A stretch of DNA of 44,868 nucleotides from Bacillota bacterium (GCA_012842565.1 DUSO01000037.1:1-44868), one strand, 5' to 3'; positions 19,406 through 29,090 are shown, counted from the stretch's first letter. Program-made: numbers and translations. Notes: generated from the letters alone by a model not told the origin.

Positions 19406-20380
19406 ATGGGTCTCAAATGGGATCTCCCGCCAAAGGGCGGGCACATGGACAAGGACACTGGAGTATATCTTCAAAACATGACCTGGAAAGAGATTGAGGA
19501 CCGGCTAAAGAAGGACGACATCCTGATCATCCCGGTCGGGTCGACGGAAGCCCACGGCCCGCATGCCTGCATTGGCGAGGACACCTTCCTCGTCACGCGA
19601 ATGGCCGAACTCGTGGCCGAAAAGACAGGGTGTACCGTCGCCCAGCCGGTGTGGTACGGCTCACACCCATATCACCACATGGGCATGCCCGGCACTGTCA
19701 TCGTCCCGGAGGAGATATTCTGCGGCCTGCTCAAGTCGATGATGGCAGGCTTCTGGAACATGGGCTTTAGAAAGATGATCCTACTAAACGGCCATGGCCA
19801 GGAATACGTGATCCCAACCGCCATTCACCAGTTCGCCAAGACGTACCAGGTGCCGGCCATATTGATCAACCTCAACTGGTACCATGCGATCCAGGACCAG
19901 TTCAAGACAAAGGATCAGGGCGGGCCATATGAAACTCACTTCATACACGCCGACGAGGTAGAGACATCGTGGTCCCTGGCCCTATTCCCTGAAATGATCA
20001 AGATGGAACATGCGGTAGACACCAAGGTAAAAGGCTATCTCCCCGACGGCCACATTGACAAGGCCGGCAACCTCCTGCACCGGCCTATTGCGTGGTATGG
20101 CCAGGTGGGCTGCGGGCCCATAGAGGTATTCGCCTATCCCGAGGGGGTTGTAGGCAAGGCAACCCTTGCCAGCGCGGAAAAGGCGCGGCCAGGTGTGGAA
20201 GCCTTCCTCGACTACATGGTAAAGCTGCATGATGACATCCTGAAGACATTCCCGCCGGGCAAGCTACCACCCATCGAGGAGATCACCCAAAGGCCAAAAG
20301 AAGAAATCGAGGCGGCCCTCAAAGGGCCTCTTGCGCCTGGAGGCAGGAGCATCTATTCGTTGCACTACCCTCCGGCTTAG
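19406..20380 (+). CDS. iolN: 3-Dehydro-scyllo-inosose hydrolase (creatininase family, IolN type)
   Basis: PVGSTEAHGPH...GED, NGHGQE, HADEVETS; sits in the iolM cluster. Confidence 0.85.
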   Translation: MGLKWDLPPKGGHMDKDTGVYLQNMTWKEIEDRLKKDDILIIPVGSTEAHGPHACIGEDTFLVTRMAELVAEKTGCTVAQPVWYGSHPYHHMGMPGTVIVPEEIFCGLLKSMMAGFWNMGFRKMILLNGHGQEYVIPTAIHQFAKTYQVPAILINLNWYHAIQDQFKTKDQGGPYETHFIHADEVETSWSLALFPEMIKMEHAVDTKVKGYLPDGHIDKAGNLLHRPIAWYGQVGCGPIEVFAYPEGVVGKATLASAEKARPGVEAFLDYMVKLHDDILKTFPPGKLPPIEEITQRPKEEIEAALKGPLAPGGRSIYSLHYPPA

Positions 20381-20410
20381 CTCCCTTATGTCGTAGGCGG
20401 TAGATTCAAC

Positions 20411-20441
20411 TGCGGTAGGCTGTTGTGTTGAGCCTACCGCA
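20411..20441. repeat. Perfect 11-bp inverted repeat between iolN and iolO
   Basis: TGCGGTAGGCT-N9-AGCCTACCGCA with only a weak U tract. Confidence 0.7.
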
Positions 20442-20466
20442 ACCTTCTCAAAGGGGGGCTTGCCTT

Positions 20467-21288
20467 TTGAAGATAGCGGCGGTGATATCAGTCCAGAAGG
20501 CCAAGTTTGAGGCGGTGGTCTTTAAGGAAGACCTGGAGGGCTCAATTGAACGCATAGCATCTCTGGGTTTTGACGGGGTGGAACTCGCCGTCCGGAATCC
20601 CGACGTCCTCAAAGTCGAAGTCATAAGGGACCTCGTGAAGAGCCACGGGCTCGTGGTACCTGCAATCGGGACGGGCCAGGCATATGGAGAAGACGGGCTC
20701 AGCTTCGCAGACCCGTCGGAGACGATAAGGCGCGAGACCAGGCGTCGCGTCCGGTCCCACATCGAGCTTGCCTCATACCTAGGGGGGGCGCCTGTTATAA
20801 TAGGCCTTATAAGGGGCCGGGTGCAGCCTGGCGTGACCAGGAAAGAAGCTCTCGGATGGGTGCAGGGAGAGCTTGCTGAGGCAGCTTCCTATGCCGCCTC
20901 TCGGGGAACCAGCCTGGTGATAGAGCCTATTAACCGGTACGAGACGGACATCGTAAACACCGTTGACGAGGCCATCGAGCTTATAGAGACTGTCGGGAAG
21001 CCCAATGTCGGGCTTCTCCTGGATACCTTCCATATGAACATCGAGGAGCCGGACATGCTTCTCAGCATCAGGCGCGCGGCGCCCTACATAAAGCACGTCC
21101 ACTTCGCCGATTCCAACCGGTGGGCTCCCGGATGCGGGCACCTGGATTTTGCCGAGATTACCCGCCTCCTGAGGGACGTGGGCTATGAAGGCTTTGTGTC
21201 TGCGGAGATACTTCCCAGGCCGGATCCCGTTAAGGCCGTGGAGGCTGCTGCGGCCACCATGAAGTGGCTTAGGGATTTCAAAGTCTAG
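20467..21288 (+). CDS. iolO: 5-Keto-L-gluconate epimerase (IolO type, xylose-isomerase-like TIM barrel)
   Basis: GFDGVELAVRNP, AIGTGQAY, IGLIRG, EPINRYE, DTFHMNIEE, HFADSNRWAPG.GHLDF; iol context. Confidence 0.82.
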   Translation: MKIAAVISVQKAKFEAVVFKEDLEGSIERIASLGFDGVELAVRNPDVLKVEVIRDLVKSHGLVVPAIGTGQAYGEDGLSFADPSETIRRETRRRVRSHIELASYLGGAPVIIGLIRGRVQPGVTRKEALGWVQGELAEAASYAASRGTSLVIEPINRYETDIVNTVDEAIELIETVGKPNVGLLLDTFHMNIEEPDMLLSIRRAAPYIKHVHFADSNRWAPGCGHLDFAEITRLLRDVGYEGFVSAEILPRPDPVKAVEAAAATMKWLRDFKV

Positions 21289-21291
21289 ATC

Positions 21292-24200
21292 TCAGAGTCT
21301 AAATAGCCTTAGTTGGGCCTCTCTTCGCCCTTTCTTAGGGACGTCCGGCCTTTCTTCACGCTCGAGAAGGCCGGACGGTATCTCCTGCAGGAAAGGCGAC
21401 GGGCTGGAAGGCCTGGGCGCCCCGAACCTGCGGCGCCTGACCGCACGAAGGAGGATCAATTCCTCTCTTGCGCGGGTCATCGCCACGTAAAAGAGTCGAC
21501 GTTCCTCCTCCGGAATGGCCTCGTCTTCCGCGTCCCTGAGCGGGATCAGTCCATCTTCAAAGCCGGTGACAAAGACGACGGGAAATTCCAGGCCCTTGGC
21601 GGCATGCATTGTCATAAGTGTCACGGCCTCCGGCACAAGGCCCTGGCCACCGGGACGGAGGGCGTCCCCCTCTTGCTCGAGCCCCACCCTCGAGACCAGC
21701 GACTCTAGATCCGGGAAGCGGGTGGCCACCAGGAGGAGGCGTTTTATCCCTTCGTCCTCTGAAATCCCGACTTCTTCGGCCCACCTGGCGATCAATTGCC
21801 GGGGAGGCAAGGTGCGGGAAAGCTCTTGATACCGCGCGAGGAGGGACTCCAGAGATGCCTCCGCCGGGCATTTTAACATACCGCCCGAATTGGGTACCGC
21901 CCCGGAACCGGGCGCTACCTCGGAACCGGGCAACCGCATCTGTAGGCACCGGCCCCTGTGAAAGGCGTCTAACGGATTCAACACGCATCGCATGAAAGAG
22001 AGCGCGTCCCGCACGGGCTGTGATTGCAGGAACCCTTCCCTGCCGACTACTCTGTATGGGATTCCTTCTTTTATAAAGCATTCCTCGAGGGCCTCGACTT
22101 GCCTTGAGGTGCGGAAAAGCACTGCGAAATCGGAGAATCCTCTCCCCTCCATAGATGCCTCCCGGTTTGCCCCGGCCGCCTTGCCTCTCCTACTGCGACC
22201 GCTCCTGTCATGATAACCACCCTGCCCATGGGCCTCGAGCATAGTGGTGCCACCGACCGCGCCGGCTATCTCTTTTACCACCGCGATGCCCTCCGATAGC
22301 TCGCCAGGCAACTCCAGATATCTGATCTTAGGGCCCCCGGGTCTCAAGGCAGAGATTGAATACGGGAAACGATCCCGGTTGTTTGCTATCACAGAAGATG
22401 CTGCGATTACTATCTCCGGCGTAGACCGGTAATTGATACGAAGCTCGACGAGACGGGCCCCGGGGAAGTCCTCACGTAACCTGGCAAAAAACCGGTGGTC
22501 TGCGCCGCGAAACCCGTAGATAGCCTGGTCCGGGTCACCGATCACAAATAGCGTCCCTCCATCCCGGGCCCACTGCTTTACAAGTCGGTATTGGACGGGA
22601 TTCACGTCCTGAAACTCGTCGACCAGGATATGGCCGAATCTCTTCAGACTTGCTGGCTGTACCAGTCCCTGCTCCATGAGCCTGAGGGTCTCCAGGAGGA
22701 TATCATCGTAATCGAGTGCGCCGTATTCTCGTAGCTTCTCCTGATAGGCCCTGTATATACCCCGAAGGTCCGGAGGGACATCACTGGAATCCGCATCAAT
22801 GCCCCGGCTCTTCAAGAGGGATATCCTTTTCTGGATATCTCTCGACCGCAGCGAACCCGTCTCCCTTGATTGGGGTGAGCCCGTCTTTTCGACACGGCCA
22901 TCGCCTGACAGCGCATCCAGCGCCTCCTCAAGCACGGAGAGGGAGTCGAATTCGTCGAGGACGTTGAGAGCAGCCTCGCTAGTGAGGCCGGCCTCCTCGC
23001 GGAGAATCTGGAGGCAGATGCCGTGAAATGTGCCGATAGTCAGCTTATCCAGCGGCACGGTCGGGCCGGCCTCTTTGGCAAGACCAGCGCCCCTATTTGA
23101 GCCGGCCTCGCCCAGGAGTGCGGAAATCCTGGCTTTCATCTCGGCTGCCGCCCTGTTTGTAAAGGTGACTGCCGTGATCTCCTCGGGCGGCACGCCCTTC
23201 TCCAGGATCAGGTGAGCGACCCGGCATGCGAGCGTCATCGTCTTGCCGGTGCCGGGCCCCGCCATGACGACGACCGGCCCGGACTCAGCGTTGACGGCCT
23301 CGACCTGGGCAGGATTGAGGCCCTGTACGAGGCTGGAATAAGTCCTATGCGGCACCTGCGGTGCTGCCTCCCCCTGCGAAGAGGCCTCTACCCTTAGGGG
23401 AGTCTCCACCTGCTGCGGGGGAGTCTCCGGTTGCGTATGCGTAAAAGCGCCTGCCTGAGGAGGAACCTCGGCCTGCAACGGAGCCCCAGCCCCCGAGGTC
23501 CGCCTGACAGAGAGGCTGGCCGTAGCAGCTTCCGCAGCAGCCTTATCTCCAGCGAGTCCCCCGGCAAACTCAACAGGCTCCACGGCAAAGAGGACAGCCT
23601 GGCCGCCAGCCCTGGTGCGCTCTGTCTCTCTCATCACTGATACCTTGCCATACTGGCCGTCAAAGCCCGGGATTACCTCAACCTCTCTCTCCCTGACCCT
23701 TCGAATGGCTTCCGCTACAACAGGGCCGGCGATCTCCTGTAATTCCCCGAGAGGGGTTTTCCGGAGCGCGGTGAGCTCTGAGCCCACATTGTTTATGATA
23801 TCCAGGTAACGCCTGCGGACCTGGCGAGCCTCCGGACCCGATCCCAGTGCCGAGGCTATCAATTCCTGGAGAGGGATAAGACTCTCATAATGCCTTGCAG
23901 CATCGGGGACCACCCCTTCATCCCTGTCGGCAAGCTCCTCAACCCTGTGCAACACGCCCACAGTAACCCTCCGCCCGCACACGGGGCAGATCCCCCCGGC
24001 CGCCCGGGTCTCCCGCGGGTGCCAGCGGATGTTGCAGTTCCTATGACCGTCATAATGGTATTTCCCTTCCTCGGGAAAGAACTCGATGGTCCCCAGGAAG
24101 CGCTTCGGATCCCGGTCTTTGAGTGCATCGCGGATACCCGAAAACGATAACTCTGTGTCGAACAGGTTAGCCTCGCGGGCCAGATTGGCGGGCGAATGGG

Positions 24201-24858
24201 CGTCGGAATTAGATACAAGCGCAAAGCGGTCCAGGGCTGAGAGACGCCAGTTCATGGGAGGATCAGACGAAAGGCCCGTCTCAACCGCAAGTATCTGGCC
24301 GGTGAGGTCCTCAAAACACTCCTCTATTGCGTCAAACCCCGAATTGGATCCAAAGAGCGAGAAATGTGGCGTCCAGATATGGGCAGGGATGAAGATGGCT
24401 TGCGGGCACACCTCCAGAGTCATCTCGAGGAGCCTGCGACTATCCAGGCCGAGGATGGGCCTCCCATCGGAACGAATATTCCCGACTGTTTCCAGGCGCT
24501 GGCTTAACGTGTCGGCAGCCTCCAGGCTCGGTAGAAGTATCAGGTGGTGAATCTTGCGGGTTCGGCCCGCTTTTTTGTAGATTGTGCTTATCTCCCCCGA
24601 GATCACAAAGCGAACGCCGTCCCGATTGCCGACGTTCTGATTGCCGGAGGGACCATCCTTCAACCTGTAGAGCCCTTCTTCCGCCGGTTCGAGCTTGTCT
24701 CTGAGCTCATCTCGCCACCCGGGGTGAGTAAAATCCCCGGTGCCCACCACCGTGAGCCCCTTGTAGGCAGCCCATGTGAGAATATTCTCAGGGTTACAAT
24801 CTCTGCTGGTCGCCCTCGAGAAATGTGAATGGATATGGAAATCCGCAATAAACTCCAT
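21292..24858 (-). CDS. Endonuclease Q (PHP domain) fused to a UvrD/PcrA-like SF1 helicase
   Basis: N-terminal DFHIHSHFSRATS, GTGDFTH, DGRP, PAHIWTP, ETGLSSD, SNSDAHS, GKYH.DGHR.C, CPVCG. C-terminal LNPAQ, AGPGTGKT, DEFQD, GDPDQAIYGFRGA, NYRS, HAAKGLEF, EERRLFYVAMTRA. Confidence 0.92.
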   Translation of the reverse strand: MEFIADFHIHSHFSRATSRDCNPENILTWAAYKGLTVVGTGDFTHPGWRDELRDKLEPAEEGLYRLKDGPSGNQNVGNRDGVRFVISGEISTIYKKAGRTRKIHHLILLPSLEAADTLSQRLETVGNIRSDGRPILGLDSRRLLEMTLEVCPQAIFIPAHIWTPHFSLFGSNSGFDAIEECFEDLTGQILAVETGLSSDPPMNWRLSALDRFALVSNSDAHSPANLAREANLFDTELSFSGIRDALKDRDPKRFLGTIEFFPEEGKYHYDGHRNCNIRWHPRETRAAGGICPVCGRRVTVGVLHRVEELADRDEGVVPDAARHYESLIPLQELIASALGSGPEARQVRRRYLDIINNVGSELTALRKTPLGELQEIAGPVVAEAIRRVREREVEVIPGFDGQYGKVSVMRETERTRAGGQAVLFAVEPVEFAGGLAGDKAAAEAATASLSVRRTSGAGAPLQAEVPPQAGAFTHTQPETPPQQVETPLRVEASSQGEAAPQVPHRTYSSLVQGLNPAQVEAVNAESGPVVVMAGPGTGKTMTLACRVAHLILEKGVPPEEITAVTFTNRAAAEMKARISALLGEAGSNRGAGLAKEAGPTVPLDKLTIGTFHGICLQILREEAGLTSEAALNVLDEFDSLSVLEEALDALSGDGRVEKTGSPQSRETGSLRSRDIQKRISLLKSRGIDADSSDVPPDLRGIYRAYQEKLREYGALDYDDILLETLRLMEQGLVQPASLKRFGHILVDEFQDVNPVQYRLVKQWARDGGTLFVIGDPDQAIYGFRGADHRFFARLREDFPGARLVELRINYRSTPEIVIAASSVIANNRDRFPYSISALRPGGPKIRYLELPGELSEGIAVVKEIAGAVGGTTMLEAHGQGGYHDRSGRSRRGKAAGANREASMEGRGFSDFAVLFRTSRQVEALEECFIKEGIPYRVVGREGFLQSQPVRDALSFMRCVLNPLDAFHRGRCLQMRLPGSEVAPGSGAVPNSGGMLKCPAEASLESLLARYQELSRTLPPRQLIARWAEEVGISEDEGIKRLLLVATRFPDLESLVSRVGLEQEGDALRPGGQGLVPEAVTLMTMHAAKGLEFPVVFVTGFEDGLIPLRDAEDEAIPEEERRLFYVAMTRAREELILLRAVRRRRFGAPRPSSPSPFLQEIPSGLLEREERPDVPKKGRREAQLRLFRL

Positions 24859-24975
24859 GATATCGGTGTCTCCTTGCTGCCGCAAGCACCCTGCTGCCAA
24901 GAGCGGCGGGGCCCCGCCCGCCCTGAAACGGCGGGGATATAAGCCAGGTCATGGCGATCGTCTCTTCTTTATTCA

Positions 24976-24984
24976 AGTATACCA
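24976..24984 (-). promoter_or_regulatory. Extended -10 for the EndoQ-UvrD gene
   Basis: TGgTATACT on the minus strand about 120 nt upstream of the start. Confidence 0.4.
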
Positions 24985-25056
24985 GAACCGGACAGCCCGT
25001 GGTGATCGTCCCTACCCGTTCTTGTGTTTCATTCCCTACTTTCCATCCAGCGCTAA

Positions 25057-25084
25057 GCAGGAATTGGGCGTAGATGGCTAGAAT
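25057..25084 (+). promoter_or_regulatory. Sigma-H-like promoter upstream of wzz
   Basis: GCAGGAAT-N13-CTAGAAT. Confidence 0.45.
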
Positions 25085-25183
25085 TAGTCTTTTGTTACTC
25101 ATATCAGCAAATACTGGCTCCAATTGAAGGAATAGACGCGGATATACTCCTTCGGAGCAATCTTCATCAGGGGGAAGTCGGAC

Positions 25184-26107
25184 GTGCCAGAAGAACTAGA
25201 CGAAATCAACCTATGGGATTATTGGATGGTCATCAGGAAAAGGGCCGGTATCATCATGACGATATTCGGGGCTGCGGTCATCGCCAGCGCTGTATTGAGC
25301 TTCTTCGTATTGCCCCCGGTATATGAAGCGACTGTTGCCATCATGGTCCAGGACCCCGGGGGGGAAGGCACCCCGCAATGGTCCCTCGAGACCTATTCGA
25401 GCGTGATGGAGGGTTCCGCCGTCAGGAGGGCCGTGGTAGAAACGCTCAAGCTGGATGAGACTCCGGAAGACCTTAAGGAAATCGCCTCGACAGAGATCTT
25501 GAAGGGTACCAATATACTGCGGCTCAAGGTAAAACGCAATTCGGCACAGGAGGCAAGTGAGATAGCCAACACATGGGCACGCCTCTTTGTAGCCAAGGTC
25601 AACGAGATCAAGATGAATGACCTGTCCCGGGCCATAAACCTCCGGAAGGCCGCCCTCGAGGCGGCCCTGGCCGAGATCAAGGACCAGCGCCCCACAATAG
25701 AATTAAAGCGCTCCCTGGTAGATGAACCCATGGCCTATGAGGCGGTCAAGAGCCTGGTTGGCAACCAGGCCAGGAGGCTTGCAGCAATCCAGGTCAATGT
25801 CGAGGAGCCCAACCCGACCTACCAGGACCTTATAAGCCGGATTGCCGATAGCAGGCTTGCTTTGAAAGACCTCGAGACGAGGCTCGAGTTGCTTAAGACT
25901 GACTCTCAGGTATTCGTGAGGGTGTTATCTCCGTCCCTGCCGCCTGAGTCGCCGGTCGCCCCGAGGAAGCTCCTAAACATAGCCGTAGCTGCCATGTTGG
26001 GGCTCATGGTGGGTGTATTCCTGGCTTTTGCCATGGAAGCGCTGGAGGCGGGGGCCAACAGCCACTCCCCCGGCGCCAAGGCGGGCGCCTCCCAGCCGGT
26101 ATCATAG
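25184..26107 (+). CDS. Polysaccharide co-polymerase / chain-length determinant (Wzz/YveK-like), orphan
   Basis: EINLWDY..VIRKR, TM1, PPVYEA, coiled coil, P.SPVAPRKLLNIAVA..LGL..G TM2. Confidence 0.85.
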   Translation: MPEELDEINLWDYWMVIRKRAGIIMTIFGAAVIASAVLSFFVLPPVYEATVAIMVQDPGGEGTPQWSLETYSSVMEGSAVRRAVVETLKLDETPEDLKEIASTEILKGTNILRLKVKRNSAQEASEIANTWARLFVAKVNEIKMNDLSRAINLRKAALEAALAEIKDQRPTIELKRSLVDEPMAYEAVKSLVGNQARRLAAIQVNVEEPNPTYQDLISRIADSRLALKDLETRLELLKTDSQVFVRVLSPSLPPESPVAPRKLLNIAVAAMLGLMVGVFLAFAMEALEAGANSHSPGAKAGASQPVS

Positions 26108-26174
26108 GAAGCCAAGAGGCGCCAGCACCCCAGATGCGCGCGAGCTAGAGGTCTCTTCAAGCGGACCTGGCGCC

Positions 26175-26432
26175 CTACTCAGGCGGCCGGGCCTCGACCC
26201 CTGCAACCAGGACCGCCCTGGAGATGCTCTCATCGCAGGCAAACTCACTTTCGCCCACTCTGAAGACACAGACCGGCGCCCTCCGGACCAGGGTAACTAT
26301 AGTCCCGGGCAGGAGGCCCATTGCGATGAGCTTTCGGAGTTGAGAGGGGTCGTTCGTCTTTATCTCTACAACCCTCGCCTCCTGCCCGGGGTGCATTTCA
26401 GACAAGCTAGTCCGAGTCCTGCATGTCTTCAA
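26175..26432 (-). CDS. feoA: Ferrous iron transport protein A
   Basis: LSEMHPGQEARV...KLIAMGLLPG...V; overlaps the feoB stop. Confidence 0.9.
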   Translation of the reverse strand: MKTCRTRTSLSEMHPGQEARVVEIKTNDPSQLRKLIAMGLLPGTIVTLVRRAPVCVFRVGESEFACDESISRAVLVAGVEARPPE

Positions 26433-28606
26433 GAGAATGTCACCCCTAACAAGTTAAGCACTGTGTTAGCTATAAAGCCGCAGCCGAAGGCCAGGGCGAA
26501 TACCGCCACCGCTATTCCAAGCGCCACCTTCATACCGCGCTCCTTCACCATTATCGAAAATTGGGCCACGCACGGCACGAAGAGGGTGAGCGATATGCTT
26601 GCCACCAGGAGCTGGTTGGGGGTGAGCGCGCCTGCGCGGTCAAGGTCGAAGAGGCCGGCCGCTCCATAGTCACGCCTGAAGAAGCCAAACAGGAAAGCAG
26701 TCGCCGCCTCCCGTGGCAGGCCTATGGCGCTCACTAGCGGCTCTAATGCACTTGTCGCGACATCAAAAAGCCCGGTTAGCTTTCCGCCCCAAATTAGGAT
26801 GCTGGCCAGCACAAAAACAGGCACCACCTCAGAGAAATACCACTTCATCCGGGCAAAGGTCTTCTTCAATATGTTGCCGAGCCCGGGAACGCGGAGCGGA
26901 GGCAGCTCCATATAAAAGGCCGGAGGGTTTCCGGGCAGTATCCGCGACAGGAGCCATCCACTGGTCGCGAAGGCCCCACCGACGAAAGCCACCCAAACCA
27001 GGAGCGCCCCGGGGTGCCCTGCCAGAAGCGCCATTATGACGCCCAGCTGGGCCGAGCAAGGAATCGCGAGAGCCATGAGAAAGGTTGCGATAATCCTTTC
27101 CCTCTCCGTTTCGAGGGTACGGGTCACAATGGTCGCCATAGTATCGCACCCGAGGCCCAGAGTAAGCGGCACTATTGCGCGGCCGCTCAAGCCGACCACC
27201 TTAAGGAGCCTATCTGACAGCATCGCAAGGCGCGGGAGATAGCCGGAGTCCTCAACCAGCGAAAATGCCAGGAAGAACGTCCCGACAATCGGCAATACGA
27301 TGGCAATCGCGTACCTCAGTCCCAGGGTGATGATCCCATAGTCGCCGGCTATCAAGAGCCGCAGGGGTTCAAAGGGCACGAACGACCCAACGAAACGTTC
27401 TACCAGGGGATTTACCGCGTGGACGAAGACCCGTTCCTCGATGAAGTCCACAAGGGTACCGGCCCCGAACTGCCCCACGAATTTGTAGAATACAAAGTAG
27501 AGAACAGCCAGGAGAATGGGAAATCCCGTCACAGGGTTCATGGTAATCCGGTTGAGCCATGTCCCGACAGGGCTGCGTCTTGTCCGCGACTGCGTGGTTA
27601 TCCCGCGCAGGATCCAGTTGACGTCCGCCTGCCTCCTGACCGTGAGATCATAAGCGAGGGAATGCCCGCTCTTGCTTTCGTACCTCCTGTTCAACTCGTC
27701 TGCATACCGGATGATCTCCTTCCCGCGAGGTTCGCTGTTTTGTAGCAGGTCAAGCGCCCACGCATCCTGCTGCAGGGCCAGCAAGGCCATCATGCGCCTG
27801 CTGAAGGGATGGTCTAACTCCATCATGCTGGTGAGGCTGGCTATCGCCTCCTCAATCTCACGGGTATAAGTCACAACCTGGATGCCCCGGGCGGTTGCGC
27901 AGTCCCGTGCGACCGCACATCCCCGGGCGCCGGGGTTTGGACGCCCTGAAGGTGTCGAGTACGCCCTGATAACGGACTTGAGCCGGTCGATTCCCATCCC
28001 GGATATAGAGGCTGTGCCTACGACCGGTATCCCGAGCCTTCGCTCAAGTTCTTCCAGGTCAATGGTGAAACCTGCCCTTTCGGCCTCATCCATCATATTG
28101 GCGACCAATATCACGGGCAAGCCTGCCTCGATGCACTGGATCGTCATATTGAGCATCCGGGGCAGATTCTTGGCATCTACCACGTGGAGCACAATGTCGG
28201 GCTTCTCCGAAGCCAGCACATCCCTCGTCACCCTCTCCTCGTCCGATATGGGAAGGAGTGAATATGCCCCCGGCGTATCCACGACCTCGTACACACCTTG
28301 TCCGATCAGGCAGTGTCCCCGCGACACATCTACCGTGGTACCCGGATAGTTCGACACCGTCGCATAGAGCCCCGTGAGATTGTTAAAGAGCATGCTCTTG
28401 CCGACATTGGGGCTCCCGACCAGGATGATCTTCTTCGCAACATCGCGTCTGGCTTTCCCGTGTCGGTGGCGCCACCTGTGGCAGTGGCCCCTCCCTGCCC
28501 CGTACCCTGCACCAGGAATCAAGTATCGTCCCCTCCGCAGTTGCCCATTGTCCTCAGCTATTGTCAGCTTCGTGATGTCTCTCCGCCCTTCGCTGCCTCG
28601 CGGCAT
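26429..28606 (-). CDS. feoB: Ferrous iron transport protein B
   Basis: GSPNVGKS, NYPGTT, DTPGAYSL, NMMD, EDSGYLPR, GLGC, PCSAQ, MELPP, PCVA. Exact start uncertain. Confidence 0.93.
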   Translation of the reverse strand: MPRGSEGRRDITKLTIAEDNGQLRRGRYLIPGAGYGAGRGHCHRWRHRHGKARRDVAKKIILVGSPNVGKSMLFNNLTGLYATVSNYPGTTVDVSRGHCLIGQGVYEVVDTPGAYSLLPISDEERVTRDVLASEKPDIVLHVVDAKNLPRMLNMTIQCIEAGLPVILVANMMDEAERAGFTIDLEELERRLGIPVVGTASISGMGIDRLKSVIRAYSTPSGRPNPGARGCAVARDCATARGIQVVTYTREIEEAIASLTSMMELDHPFSRRMMALLALQQDAWALDLLQNSEPRGKEIIRYADELNRRYESKSGHSLAYDLTVRRQADVNWILRGITTQSRTRRSPVGTWLNRITMNPVTGFPILLAVLYFVFYKFVGQFGAGTLVDFIEERVFVHAVNPLVERFVGSFVPFEPLRLLIAGDYGIITLGLRYAIAIVLPIVGTFFLAFSLVEDSGYLPRLAMLSDRLLKVVGLSGRAIVPLTLGLGCDTMATIVTRTLETERERIIATFLMALAIPCSAQLGVIMALLAGHPGALLVWVAFVGGAFATSGWLLSRILPGNPPAFYMELPPLRVPGLGNILKKTFARMKWYFSEVVPVFVLASILIWGGKLTGLFDVATSALEPLVSAIGLPREAATAFLFGFFRRDYGAAGLFDLDRAGALTPNQLLVASISLTLFVPCVAQFSIMVKERGMKVALGIAVAVFALAFGCGFIANTVLNLLGVTFS

Positions 28607-29040
28607 TTAGCGCAATACCCGTAAAACCTCAGGCTGTGGTCGGTTATCTGAAACCCTGTGCTGTCCTCGATTTCCTTCTCCAGGTGTTCAAGCAGGTCCT
28701 GGTTGAACTCGGTGATCCGGCCGCAGCCAATGCAGATCAGGTGATGGTGGAAATGCCCACCCACGTCCGTATTCAACTCATACCTGCTGCCGCTGGCACC
28801 CAATTCCAACTTGGAGACGATGCCCACGCGTTCGAGGGCGTCCAGGGTTCTGTAGACCGTTGCAAGCCCGATGCCGGGATGCCTCTCCATCGTCGCCAGG
28901 TATATATCCTCCGCGCTGGGGTGGGCCCCTATGTTTTCAGCAAGGACCTCGAGGACAGCCTCCCTCTCCGGCGTGACCCTGAGGTCGTTATCAGACATAA
29001 GGTTTATTGCGCGAGCAACCTCCCGCTTTACATCCCCCAT
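28564..29040 (-). CDS. fur: Fur-family transcriptional repressor
   Basis: LRVTPER, HPSAEDIY, IGLATVYRTL, HHHLICIGCG, FYGYCAKC. Confidence 0.92.
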   Translation of the reverse strand: MGDVKREVARAINLMSDNDLRVTPEREAVLEVLAENIGAHPSAEDIYLATMERHPGIGLATVYRTLDALERVGIVSKLELGASGSRYELNTDVGGHFHHHLICIGCGRITEFNQDLLEHLEKEIEDSTGFQITDHSLRFYGYCAKCREAAKGGETSRS

Positions 29041-29071
29041 GAGACGCCCTCCAATTCATACCAGTCTATAT

Positions 29072-29090
29072 GAGAATGAATATCACTTTC
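29072..29090. promoter_or_regulatory. Fur box
   Basis: Minus strand GAAAGTGATATTCATTCTC matches GATAATGATAATCATTATC at 15/19 and lies at the predicted transcription start. Confidence 0.75.
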
